Assembly (NCBI RefSeq): GCF_006345805.1
Contig: NC_043023.1
Span: forward strand, 3,286,001 to 3,350,000
Reading direction: 5' to 3'
Source: Octopus sinensis
Lineage: Eukaryota
Length of the DNA: 64,000 nt
Each line of letters starts with the position of its first letter. Within the stretch, counting starts at the first letter, position 1. Below the pieces are notes generated by a model. The model was not told the origin of the DNA. It worked only from the letters and a program-made list of their open reading frames with translations, and made no database searches. Shown piece after piece: positions 50,014 through 62,230 of this stretch. The position numbers and the translations under genes were made by a program.

Positions 50014-50301
50014 GCCCCAGCACCACCGCAGCCAGTACCAGTGCCCCTGCAGTCGCTTCCAATCCGGGGTCATTCAGCTTTAACCCTTCTAGTGTGTCAG
50101 CAGCACAGCCAACCTTTGGGGCCACGCCAAGTAGTAGCTTCAGTTTCTCATTAGCGACAGGGGCACCAACGGCCCCTACAACTACCCCTGCAGCTGCCAC
50201 CGGTTTGGCTACCCCAATCCCCGCTGCCCTCCCTGTTATTACCACAGCTGATCCTGGGGCCGCTTTCAGTTTTACGCCCCAAGCCACCAGCACCACCACA
50301 G
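50014..50301 (+). CDS. NUP62: Nucleoporin p62, coding exon 3 (FG, Thr/Ala-rich)
   Basis: PSTTAASTSAPAVASNPGSFSFNP...PTFGATPSSSFSFS...; phase 1-1. Confidence 0.9.
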
Positions 50302-50870
50302 GTAAGATGTCTTTGTTTCTCTCTGTCCTTTTACTGGTTTCTGTGATTTGGATTATGGCCATGCTGGAGCAGTCCCCTGAAGGGTTTTAGTCAAACAAAA
50401 TCAACCCCAGTTTTTTATCTTTCATCTTTTACTTGCTTCAGTCATTAAACTATGGCCAGGCTCGGGCACTGCCTTGTGCTCTTTCACTTGTTTCAGTCAT
50501 TTGACTGTGGCCATGCTGGAGCACCGCCTTTAGTCAAGCAAATCCACCCCAGGACTATAGAGTATAGAACTATAGAACAAGCATATCTCAACAATGGGCT
50601 TCTTTCAGTTTCCGTCTACCAAATTCACTCACATGCTTAGAGATATTCCAAAAATTATTACTCTTTTACTTGTTCCAGTCATTTGACTTTGGCCATGCTG
50701 GAGCACTGCTTTTAGTCGAGCAGATCAACCCCCAGGACTTATTCTTCATAAGCCTAGTACTTACTATACCGGTCTCTTTTGCCGAACAGCTAAGTTAGAG
50801 GGACGTAAACACACCAGCATCAGTTGTCAAGCGATGTTGAGGGGACAAACACAGACACACAGACATATAC

Positions 50871-50901
<31 letters not shown>

Positions 50902-52288
50902 TATATATATTATATATATATATACCCCATAGGCTTCTTTCAGTTTCTGTCTACCAAATCCACTCCCAAGGCTTTGGTCGACCTGAAGCTATAGTAGAAG
51001 ACACTTGCCCAAGGTGCCACGCAGTGGGACTGAACCTGGAATCATGTGGTTCATAAGCAAGCTGCTTACCACACAGCCACTCTTGCGCCTGTAAGAATTT
51101 TTACTCAAAGGAATTGGCTCCAGTACTTCTTTTTCTTTTTTTTAAGTCCGGTGTCTGCTTTATTGATATCTTTAGCTGAACCACTAAGTCACTGGCATGT
51201 AAACACCGACACTGGTTGTCAAGCAGTGGTGGTGGTCAAACCCAGACACAGTGGAGGCACATGGCCTAGTGGTTAGAGTAGCAGACTTGCAGTCGAGGGA
51301 TCGCGGGTTCGAATCTCAGTCCAGGCAATGTGTGTGTTTAAGAGCGAAACACCTAAGCTCCACGCGGCTCTGGCAGAAGGTAATGGCGAAACTTCTGCTG
51401 ACTCTTTCGCCACAACTTTCTCTTGCTCTTTCCTCCTGCATCTTGCAGCTCACCTGCGACAGACCAGCGTCCCGTCCAGGTGGGGAACCGATATGCCAAG
51501 GAAACCGGGAAACTGGTCTTTAGTGTAGACTTAGAACATAATGGTTGGGTAATATCCATGGTCTCATTCGGCTGTGCTTGGGAATCCAGCTGGAAGATGT
51601 AATGACAGTCGCTTCTGATTAGACCCTATGGAGGAGGTGTCTGAGGACTATACCCTTATGACCAAAGGCAGTGATCTGGCAGAATCGTTAGCACGCCAGG
51701 TGAAATACTTAGCCGTGTTTCGTCTGCCGTTACGTTCTGAGTTCAAATTCTGCCGAGGTCGACTTTGCCTTTCATCCTTTCGGGGTCAATAAATAAAGTA
51801 CCAGTTACGCACTGGGGTCGATATAATCAACTTAATCTGTTTGTTTGTCCCCTCTGTGTTTAGCCCCTTGTGGATAATAAAGAAATAGGTATTTCGTCTG
51901 CCGTTACGTTCTGAGTTCAAATTCCACTTAGGTCGACTTTGCCTTTCATCCTTTCGGGGTCGATAAATTAAGTACCAGTTACGCACTGTGGTCGATATAA
52001 TTGACTTAATCCATTTGTCTGTCCTTGTTTGTCCCCTCTGTGTTTAGCCCCTTGTGGGTAATAAAGAAATAGGTGCCCTTATGACCAATTTAAGACATGG
52101 GGTAGACCAAGGGCAAGATGGCTGGATAATATCTATAGTCACTTTGGTCAGGCTTGGGGATTCGGCCAGAAAGTGTAATAGCTGCTGCTTCTATCAGGAC
52201 CATATGAAGGAAATACCTAGGGCTTTAACCCCACAACCCTTCAAAGAATAATGGATGGAATGGAAGGCCTATGTAAACTTAGATTCCT

Positions 52289-52707
52289 GGGATCTTTTCC
52301 GTTTGACCGGCAGTTTTTTAAAATAATTTCCACATAACTAAACACTTTTAAACTTCCTATGCTGGTAGAATGTGTTTATAAAACATCTTTTTCTCTTGGC
52401 TTTATTGAGAAAATTCTATATGTTGTAAGATATTTATTGGGTTTTTTTTCTTCAATTTCTGCAATTTCAACCAATCAATGACGTCTATTGAGGTAAAAAA
52501 ACACATTTTGTGCCGTATGAATATGTCCCTTGTTTAAGAAACAGATTGGGTTTATTTACATTTCTGAAGAAAAAAAGACACCCTTCCCCCCACCCCTAAC
52601 CCTAAAACAGATTGAAATGCAATAGATCGATACTAGGGTCATAATTATGGGTGACAATTTCATATGACACCGCTACAAAAAACTGCCGGTCAAACCGAAA
52701 AGATCCA
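52289..52707. mobile_element. MITE family B (GGGATCTTTT termini), perfect 6-bp TSD attcct
   Basis: attcct-gggatcttttccgtttgaccggcagttt ... aaactgccggtcaaaccgaaaagatcca-attcct. Confidence 0.9.
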
Positions 52708-52807
52708 ATTCCTGGTGTTGTGGAACGCATCTCAGGTGTGGCCACATACACACACGCCTGTTTTCATATGCTCCCTCTCACGCTTCTAATCTCTTTTAAC
52801 ATTTCAG

Positions 52808-52967
52808 CACCAACAAGCAAGCCCTCTTTCATATTTTCAACAGCAGGGGCAGCTACCACTTCTGCCCCTGGTATTCCCTCTGTTAGCACAGGGCTGGCTC
52901 CCCCCGCTTCCACCACATCTTCCGGATTCGCCTTGGGCTCTGGCGTTGCCCCGACAACAACAGGAAG
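52808..52967 (+). CDS. NUP62: Nucleoporin p62, coding exon 4
   Basis: PTSKPSFIFSTAGAATT...GFALGSGVAPTTTG; phase 1-2. Confidence 0.88.
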
Positions 52968-53660
52968 GTAAGAATTTTTGGTTTTGCATCATTCATTAAT
53001 AACCGATAGCATTGTTGGGTTTGTGGAGGCGCAATGGCCCAGTGGTTAGGGCAGCGGACTCGCGGTCAGAGGTTTGCTACTTACCACAAAGCCACTCCTA
53101 TGCCTATTGGATAATATTCATAGCTTCAGTTGGTCATGCTTGGGAATCCGGTCAGAAACTGTAATGACTGATTGCTTCTGATAGGGCCCTACGGAGGAAG
53201 TGCTTGAGGACACTACTTACATGAACCTCTGATCCTCTAAAGAATAGTGGGCAGTAACATCATTCATCATCATTGTTCGACCGTGGTCGAGACAATGGAA
53301 TTTACTATGTTACGCCAGACTTCACAGTCCATCATAGCATTACGGAGGTCCTATTGCTGGATATCGCCAGCTGACCGGTGTCTGCTACTCTAGGCCGATG
53401 AAGGACAATGATCCTGAAACACGGTGTCCCTAGATGCAGTTCCGGCGGTTGGGGGTTTTTGTCTCCCCTTCGTATGTGTATATAAGGACACAGGATAAAA
53501 TGTGTCGAAGCTGTCAGGAGGCGTTCGATGCCTCCTAGGGCTATATAACGGTGGTGTACCCCCTACTGTCACGTTCTTGTTAGATTGACAGTATACAACC
53601 ATTATATCGCTCCACCACCGTACACCTCTCTATGAGAGATTTAGAAACTCAATATTTCTT

Positions 53661-53712
<52 letters not shown>

Positions 53713-53922
53713 AAACATAATAAAATAGGGTAATAATAAGTTATTATTACCCTATTTTATTATGTTTAAATATTGTTTGATAAATTTGTTTGAAATTTTT
53801 ACTGGCATCCTCTGTCGCTGGGTATAATTTGCATCTGCGCAGTGGTTTGAAAAGTTAGGATTTACAAACCGTTAGGCCTACATGTGGATCTAGCGGTCTG
53901 TATGTCAGGATAATTAAGGCTG

Positions 53923-53992
53923 TCCCACTGAAGAAACTGGCCTTCAGCAAATATTTTTTTGCTGGAAATAGTTAGAAACCATCGGTCTGGGA
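53923..53992 (+). ncRNA. Type I hammerhead ribozyme-like motif (one extra nt before GAAA)
   Basis: Stem I TCCCA/TGGGA, CTGAAGA, stem II AACT...AGTT, GAAA, stem III ACC-atc-GGT, cleavage triplet GUC. Confidence 0.5.
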
Positions 53993-54115
53993 AATAGTTG
54001 GGATGGTAAATGTTTTTATTTTCATTCCTTTCGTGAATTTATCCTTTTTTGTGTTCTAGCACAACGCTTTGCTATTTGGAAGCCTTTTATTGTATATAGA
54101 AATATAAGAGGCTTC

Positions 54116-54147
<32 letters not shown>

Positions 54148-54247
54148 ACCCATGCTAGCATGGAGAACGGACGTTAAACGATGATGATATTTATATTTAT
54201 ATACATGCATAATTACACTCTCTCTCTCTCTGTTTCTTATTCTGCAG

Positions 54248-54494
54248 CTTCCTCAGTACAGCTCCGAGAACAGCAGTAGCGGCTGCAGCAGCAGCAACAA
54301 CAACAACAGCAGTTGTTGCACCAACCATTTCAGCCGTGGCAGTTCCTGGCGGCGAGAGTCAGATGAATTTCCGTCAGCTGGAGGAACAGATCAACAAATG
54401 GATGCTGGAGTTGGAGGAACAGGAGAAGGCTTTCCTCCAGCAGGCGACTCAGGTCAACGCCTGGGACAAGCTGCTTTTGAACAATGGAGATAAG
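54248..54494 (+). CDS. NUP62: Nucleoporin p62, coding exon 5 (start of Nsp1_C coiled coil)
   Basis: MNFRQLEEQINKWMLELEEQEKAFLQQATQVNAWDKLLLNNGDK; phase 2-0. Confidence 0.97.
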
Positions 54495-55217
54495 GTCGGG
54501 TCATCATTGCCTCGTTATTTGTCTGTCCATAGGTTGTGAGCTGGCAGGATCGTTAGCACGCCGGGCAAAATGCTTAGCGGTATTTCGTCTGCCGTTATGT
54601 TCTGAGTTCAAATTCTGCTGAGGTCGACTTTGCCTTTCGTCCTTTCGGGGTCGATAAATTAAGTACCAGTTACGCACTGGGGTCGATATAATCAACTTAG
54701 TCTGTTTGTCTGTCCTTGTTTGTCCCCTCTGTGTTTAGCCCCTTGTGGGCAGTAAAGAAATAGGTATTTCATCTGCCATTACATTCTGGGTTCAAATTCT
54801 GCTGAGGTCAACTTTGCCTTTCATCCTTTCGGGGTCAATAAATTAAGTACCAGTTATACACTGGGGTCAATGTAATCGACTTAATCCATTTGTCTGTCCT
54901 TGTTTGTCCCCTCTGTGTTTAGCCCCTTGTGGGTAGTAAAGAAATAGGTATTTCGTCTGAGTTCAAATTCCGCCATGGTTGACTTTGCCTTTCATCCTTT
55001 CGGGGTCGATAAATTAAGTACCCGGTTGAACAGTGGAGTTAATATAACTGAATTTGACTTGTGCCTATAGTAGAAGGGTTGTATTGCCTTTCATCCTTTC
55101 AAGGTGAATAAAAATTTTTGAAAGTTAAAAATGCTTAGTGGCATTTTGGTTCCAGTAGTTTCTTTAAGTTTCTTTCTCCTCCTTTGACCCTTTATCTCTC
55201 TCTCCTGTACATTACAG

Positions 55218-55402
55218 ATACACCAGCTAAACCACGATTTAGACAGGGTCAAAGTTGACCAACAGAGGCTGGACAATGAACTGGACTTCATTCACTCACA
55301 ACAGAAGGAACTGGAGGACCTCCTGACCCCACTTGAGGCCTCGGTGGAACAGCTCCCACCTCTCAGTTACCAACACCATGCTGACATAGAACGGGAACAC
55401 AC
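55218..55402 (+). CDS. NUP62: Nucleoporin p62, coding exon 6
   Basis: IHQLNHDLDRVKVDQQRLDNELDFIHSQQKELEDLLTPLE...HADIEREHT; phase 0-2. Confidence 0.97.
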
Positions 55403-55540
55403 GTGAGTATTGCCTGTGTTTACATGTGGGGGATAAGGTTCCAGGTTCAGTCCCACTCTGTGGCACCTTGTGCCTGTGGCTTCTGTTATAGCCCTGATCT
55501 GACCAAAACCATGAGTGGATTTTGGTAGGTGGAAACTGTC

Positions 55541-55576
<36 letters not shown>

Positions 55577-55577
55577 C

Positions 55578-56030
55578 TTATAAATAAGGGCAAACGAAAA
55601 AATTTCTGATGCCAAATATGCCGAAAATTGGACATGTCCATTTACCATATAATTTTTTCCGGACTCTTCCACTCTGTGAGTGCCTCAGTTCAAATCGCAC
55701 GTGTCTAGAATGCGCTGGAGTATTTCTATTTTGGATGTATTTGGGGTACTTAATTGTGCCCATGACTTAGTATTTGCTTCTTCCATGGGTATGAGTGAGT
55801 ATCTCATTTATTTCTTTTGCCACATGTATCACTGACGAAGGGAGGGCTGTTATAAACTAACCCTGAAATCGGTCCGATATGGTAATAATGGAATTTTTTT
55901 AGAAATTTCTGTCAACCTTTTTTCGAGTAGCGTGCGTATTGTGAAAAAATTATATGGTTAATGGACAATACGTCCAATTTTTCGGCATATTTGGCATTAG
56001 AAATTTTTTCGTTTGCCCTTATTTATAAGT
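55578..56030. mobile_element. Element bounded by about 80-bp inverted repeats, carrying a hammerhead motif
   Basis: ataagggcaaacgaaaaaatttctgatgccaaatatgccgaaaa... is inverted at ...ttttcggcatatttggcattagaaattttttcgtttgcccttat. A similar arm occurs at about 45225-45270. Confidence 0.75.
55827..55884 (+). ncRNA. Type I hammerhead ribozyme motif with palindromic stem III
   Basis: Stem I TATCA/TGGTA, CTGACGA, stem II AGGG/CCCT, GAAA, ATCGG-T-CCGAT, H17 = A. Confidence 0.65.
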
Positions 56031-56581
56031 TGTTTATAATTTAACCTTTAAAGGTATTTTTTAATATGTTGGCCATTGATAAAATTTTTTTTCGAAAAGA
56101 TTTTATCCTACATTAGAGATATATATATATATAGTTAATCCAAACATGAACAGAGAGAAAACACAACAATGCGAGGATGTTGAACAAGCATAGTGTTATT
56201 GGAAGCTCAGGAAAGGAAAGGAAGAAGGAGGATTTAACATTTGAAACAGAGCTCTTCGTCAGAAACATAGGAAAAGGAAAGATACAAAGAAGGGAAAACG
56301 GAGGGGAAAAAAATCGCCAACAGTACACACGCGGATATATAATATATATATATATATTTTCTTTTATTCTTTTACTTGTTTCAGTCATTTGACTGTGGTT
56401 TTAGTTGAGCAAATCGACCCCCAGGACTTATTCTTTGTAAGCCTAGTACTTATTCTATTGGTCTCCTTTGCTGAACCACTGAGTTACGGGGACGTAAACA
56501 CACCAGCATCAGTTGTCAAGCGATTTTGTGGGGACAAACATACACACACACACACACGTGTGTGTATGTATGTGTGTGTGA

Positions 56582-56613
<32 letters not shown>

Positions 56614-57039
56614 TTATATTTGTATGTGCGGCTGGCAAACGGCCACGATCAATTGGTGCTTTTTACGTATCACCGACACAGACAGTGTGTGTGTATGTGT
56701 ATGTATATATATATATATATATATAATATATATATATATTATATATATATATATTATATATATATATATATAATGTATGTGTGTATGGTGTCTGTTTGCC
56801 CCCCACCCACCTCCCCACTGCCTGACAACTAGTGCTGTATTATTTATGTCATCATAACTTAGCGGTTTGGCAAATGGAGAATGGTAGAATAAGTACCAGG
56901 CTTAAAAAAAAAATTGGGTGATTCATTTGTCTAAAATATTCTTTGAGACGGTGCTCCAGCATGGCCATGGTCTAATGACTGAAATAAATGTCGCTGGGGT
57001 TGACTTTGCCTTTCATCCTTTTGGGGGTTGATAAAATAA

Positions 57040-57950
57040 GTACTATTTAAAACCTGGGGGTTTTAAATTCCTCCGAAATTGCTGGACTTGTGCCAAAATT
57101 TGAAACTGCACTCTATGTCATGCTGGTGAGACCCATATTGGAGTACGGGATTCAAGCCTCTTCTTATCTCCTCAAAGACATACAGCATCTCGAAAGAGTC
57201 CAGAAGCTGGCTACCCGCATGGTTCTTGGTCTCAAGCATTTGTCTTATGAAGAAAGGCTGAAGACGCTCGACCTTTATTCTCTAGAAAAACGCCACTGCC
57301 GTGCTGATCTCATTCTTGCTCACAACATCATAAGCGGAAAGTGTAACCTCTCGAAAGAGCTGTTCTTCACTCCTGCTCCAGAACGTCGGCTGCGGGGTCA
57401 CTCCGAAAAGCTCTATTCTGCGACGATTTCATCTCAATCGAAGGAGAGGGGCTTTCTCCGTCCGGGTTGCGGATCTGTGGAATAAGCTGCCGGACGAGAT
57501 AGTGAAGATGCTGATGACCGCTCGGTTCAAAGTCTCTCTTGACCAGAAATAGCCTGAACTCTTTGCATGACCACCCTCCCTGTACATAACTCCATGTCCC
57601 CCTACATGGCCTCACAACATCATAAGCGGAAAGTATAACCTCTCGAAAGAGCTGTTCTTCACTCCTGCTCCAGAGCGTGGGCTGTGGGGTCACTCCGAAA
57701 AGCTCTATCTGCGACGATTTCATCTCAATCGAAGGAGAGGGGCTTTCTCTGTCCGGGTTGCGGATCCATGGAATAAGCTGCCGGACGAGATAGTGAAGAT
57801 GCCGACGACCGCTCGGTTCAAAGTCTCTCTTGACCAGAAATGGCCTGAACTCTTTGCATGAACACCCTCCCTGTACATAACTCCATGTCCCCCTACATGG
57901 CCTTGCCTTTGGCTTTTTGTGCCAAAAAATTAACTAACTAACTAACTAAT
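57040..57950 (+). mobile_element. CR1-like LINE 3' fragment with a 292-bp tandem duplication
   Basis: LVRPILEYG...LERVQKLATRMVLGLKHLSYEERLKTLDLYSLEKR; terminal unit repeated. Confidence 0.88.
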
Positions 57951-57988
57951 TTGAGCTGTTAATTGTGTTGTTTTGTTTATTTAACCAG

Positions 57989-58100
57989 CTACCAATTGGC
58001 CGAAAGTATAGACGGTCAGCTAAAGAGAATGGTGCTTGATTTGAAGGAGATCATCGACCATCTGAATACGACCAACACCAGTGAAGAGAATACAGATCCT
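57989..58100 (+). CDS. NUP62: Nucleoporin p62, coding exon 7
   Basis: YQLAESIDGQLKRMVLDLKEIIDHLNTTNTSEENTDP; phase 2-0. Confidence 0.97.
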
Positions 58101-58199
58101 GTAAGTAACTATTTTGGAAGGGGTCAGAGAGAAAGAGAGAGGTGTGATGGAGAGGGGACGTCTTTTGTTTTAGCCCCGGTCAGTTGTTATCCGGCTGCC

Positions 58200-59570
58200 C
58201 TATGATCAAAGATGTTCCAACTGTGACCATCCCATCTTTTATTCAGGCATAGTGCATCTAGGACTACATTATCTAATGTACAGCATCATACTTGATATTA
58301 GTGGCTATACTTGTTCTGTTGTTGTTTAACCCTGGGTCAGTCCTGATCCAGTCGACCTATGATCAAAGATGTTCCAGCTGTGACCATCCCATCTTTTATT
58401 CAGGCATAGTGTATCTAGGACTACATTATCTAATGTATAGTATAGTAGTATTAGTGGCTATATTTGTTGTTGTTTAGCCCCGGGTCAGTCCTGATCCGGA
58501 TAGGTTTATGATCAAAGATGTTCCATTTGTGACCATCCCATCTTTTATTCAGGCATAGTGTATCTAGGACTACATTATCTAATGTTCAGTATATTAGTTA
58601 GTATCAGTGGTGTGTCTAGATCCAGATAGGCTTATGATCAAAGACGTTCCATTTGTGACCATCCATCTTTTATTCAGGCATAGTGTATCTAGGACTACAT
58701 TATCTAATGTATAGTATAGTAGTATTAGTGGCTATATTTGTTGTTGTTTAGCCCCGGGTCAGTCCTGATCCGGATAGGTTTATGATCAAAGATGTTCCAT
58801 TTGTGACCATCCCATCTTTTATTCAGGCATAGTGTATCTAGGACTACATTATCTAATGTTCAGTATATTAGTTAGTATCAGTGGTGTGTCTAGATCCAGA
58901 TAGGCTTATGATCAAAGACGTTCCATTTGTGACCATCCCATCTTTTATTCAGGCATAGTGTATCTAGGACTACATTATCTAATGTTCAGTCTAGTAGTTA
59001 GTATCAGTGGTGTGTCTAGATCCAGATAGGCTTATGATCAAAGACGTTCCATTTGTGACCATCCCATCTTTTATTCAGGCATAGTGTATCTAGGACTACA
59101 TTATCTAATGTATAATATTGTAGATAGTATTACTGGCTGTTGTTGTTTAGTCCCAGGTCAGTCCAGATCCAGTAAGCCTGTGATCAAAGATGTTCCAGCT
59201 GTGACCATCCCATCTTTTTTTCAGACTTAGTGTATCTAGGACTACATTATCTAATGTACATTATAATAGTTAGCATTAGTAGTTATTGTTATTACTGTTT
59301 AGCCCCAGGTCAGTCCTGATCCAGTAGACCTCTGACCAAAGATGTTCCAGCCGTGACTATCTCATTTTTTTTTCAGACATGGTGTATCTAGGAGTACATT
59401 ATCTAATGTACAGCATAGTAATTAGTATTACTGGCTATTGTTGTTGCTGTTGTTTAACCCTAGGCTAGTCCTGATCCAGCAACCCTATGATCAAAGATGT
59501 TCCAGTTGTGACCATATCCTCTTTGATTCTGACACAGTGTATCTAGGACTACATTATCTAATGTAGTGTA
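58200..59570 (+). repeat. Tandem array of about 85-130 bp units (about 11-12 copies)
   Basis: Recurrent atgatcaaagatgttcca..tgtgaccatcccatcttttattcaggcatagtgtatctaggactacattatctaatgt. Confidence 0.9.
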
Positions 59571-59690
59571 ATTGTAATTGATGTCATTGACTGGAACACT
59601 TGGCAGGTGATGCTGCAGCATGGCCACAATCTAGCAATAAATAGATATAATATAACAATCCATTCAATGAAGTTACCTTTTCTTCTGCAG

Positions 59691-59757
59691 GTTCACCAAA
59701 TCACGAAAATCCTGAATGCTCATATGGACTCTCTACGGTGGATTGACCAAAATGCTG
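59691..59757 (+). CDS. NUP62: Nucleoporin p62, coding exon 8
   Basis: VHQITKILNAHMDSLRWIDQNA; phase 0-1. Confidence 0.97.
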
Positions 59758-60169
59758 GTAAGTCATCCTGCATCATAAACCACTCCATCATAAGCTTAAT
59801 CATTCAACATCATCATCGTTTAACGTCCGTTTTCCGCTCTAGCACGGGTTGGACGGTTCGACCGGGGTCTGGGAAGCCAGGGGCTGCTCCAGGCTCCAGT
59901 CTGATCTGGCAGAGTTTCTACGGCTGGATGCCCTTCCTAACGCCAATCACTCCGAGAGTGTACTGGGTGCTTTTTACGTGCCACCTTCACAGGTGCCAGG
60001 GGGAGGGTCCGGCACCGCCCACGATCAGTTGGAGCTTTTAACGTGCCAGCAGCACGGAAGCCAGCCAAGGTGGCGCTGGCGACGTTCGGATGGTGCTTTT
60101 TATATGCCACCAGCACAGAAGCCAGTCGGGGCGGTGCTTCACATGGGTTGGACGGAATTTGTTGATGCA

Positions 60170-61160
60170 AGTGAAGATGCTGACGACCGCTCGGTTCAAA
60201 GTCTCTCTTGACCAGAAATGGCCTGAACTCTTTGTATGACCACCCTCCCTGTACATAACTCCATGTCCCCCTACATGGCCTCACAACATCATAAGCGGAA
60301 AGTATAACCTCTCGAAAGAGCTGTTCTTCACTCCTGCTCCAGAGCGTGGGCTGCGGGGGTCACTCTGAAAAGCTCTATCTGCGACGATTTCATCTCAATC
60401 GAAGGAGAGGGGCTTTCTCCATCCGGGTTGTGGATCCATGGAATAAGCTGCCGGACGAGATAGTGAAGATGCCGACGACCGCTCGGTTCAAAGTCTCTCT
60501 CGACCAGAAATGGCTTGAACTCTTTGCATGAACACCCTCCCTGTACATAACTCCATGTCCCCCTACATGGCCTCACAACATCATAAGCGGAAAGTATAAC
60601 CTCTCGAAAGAGCTGTTCTTCACTCCTGCTCCAGAGCGTGGGCTGTGGGGGTCACTCTGAAAAGCTCTATCTGCGACGATTTCATCTCAATCGAAGGAGA
60701 GGGGCTTTCTCCGTCCGGGTTGCGGATCCATGGAATAAGCTGCCGGACGTGATAGTGAAGATGCCGACGACCGCTCGGTTCAAAGTCTCTCTCGACCAGA
60801 AATGGCTTGAACTCTTTGCATGAACACCCTCCCTGTACATAACTCCATGTCCCCCTACATGGCCTCACAACATCATAAGCGGAAAGTATAACCTCTCGAA
60901 AGAGCTGTTCTTCACTCCTGCTCCAGAGCGTGGGCTGCGGGGGTCACTCTGAAAAGCTCTATCTGCGACGATTTCATCTCAATCGAAGGAGAGGGGCTTT
61001 CTCCGTCCGGGTTGTGGATCCATGGAATAAGCTGCCGGACGAGATAGTGAAGATGCCGACGACCGCTCGGTTCAAAGTCTCTCTTGACCAGAAATGGCTT
61101 GAACTCTTTGTATGACCACCCTCCCTCTACATGGCCTTGCTTTTGCTTTTTGTGCCAATA
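60170..61160 (+). mobile_element. About 3.3 tandem 292-bp copies of a CR1-like LINE 3' end
   Basis: Units at about 60280, 60572 and 60864 with the same junction as at about 57610. Confidence 0.9.
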
Positions 61161-61659
61161 AAAATTGAATTGAATTGAATTATTATTAACCAGCTTAAAA
61201 GCTGCACTCCATGTGGACTTTTGAGCTGGTTCCTGCAAAGGGCTAATTGGACCTGCAGCCCAAAACTAAGGATTGTTGTTTAACATCCGCTTCATCATCA
61301 TCGTTTAACGTCCGCTTTCCATGCTAGCATGGGTTGGATGATTTGACTGAGGATTGGTGAACCAGATGGCTGCACCAGGCTCCAATCTGATCTGGCAGAG
61401 TTTCTACAGCTGAATGCCCTTCCTAACGCCAACCACTCTGAGAGTGTGGTGGGTGCTTTTTTGTGTGTCACCGGCACGAGGGCCAGTCAGGCGATTCTGG
61501 CACCACCGTTGGCAAGGTCTGTTTCAGCATGGTTTTTACAGCTGGATGCCCTTCAAAATGCCAACCACTTAACAGTGCAGACTGAATGCTTTTTAAGTGA
61601 TACCAGTACTGATGGGGTCACCAAATAATTTGCAAGACGAAGAGCCTTTGAGAGGTTTG

Positions 61660-62230
61660 ATGCGGCGAGCTGGCAGAACCATTAGCATGCGGGGTGAAAT
61701 GCTTAGCGGTTTTTCATCTACCGCCACGTTCTGAGTTCAAATTCCACCGAGGTCGACTTTGCCTTTCATCCTTTCGGGGTCGATAAATTAAGTACCAGTT
61801 AGGCACTGGGGTCGATGTAATCGACTTAATCACTTTGTCTGTCCTTGTTTGACCCCTCTGTGTGTAGCCCCTTGTGGGTAGTAAAGAAATAGGTATTTCG
61901 TCTGCCTCTATGTTCTGAATTCAAATTCTGCCGAGGTTGACTTGCCTTTCATCCTTTCGGGGTCGATTTAATAAGTACCAGATACGCACTGGGGTCGATG
62001 TAATCGACTTAATCCGTTTGTCTATCCTTGTTTGACCCCTCTGTGTTTAGCCCCTTGTGGGTAGTAAAGAAATAGGTATTTCGTCTGCCATTACGTTCTG
62101 AGTTCAAATCCCGCCAAGGTCAACTTTACCTTTCAACCTTTCGGGGTCGATATAATTGACTTAATCTGTTTGTCTGTCCTTGTTTGTCCCCTCTGTGTTT
62201 AGCCCCTTGTGGGTAGTAAAGAAATAGGTA
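61660..62230 (+). mobile_element. SINE with tandemly repeated about 185-bp body
   Basis: gcggcgagctggcagaaccattagc head, then repeated ttcaaattccgccgaggtcgactttgcc...agtaaagaaataggtattt. Also at 49560-49980, 51675-52075 and 54535-55020. Confidence 0.75.

Noticed and set aside
51255-51330. tRNA-like sequence with A and B boxes (also about 53025-53075)
   Set aside because: No complete cloverleaf or acceptor stem. It continues into SINE body, so it is a SINE head.
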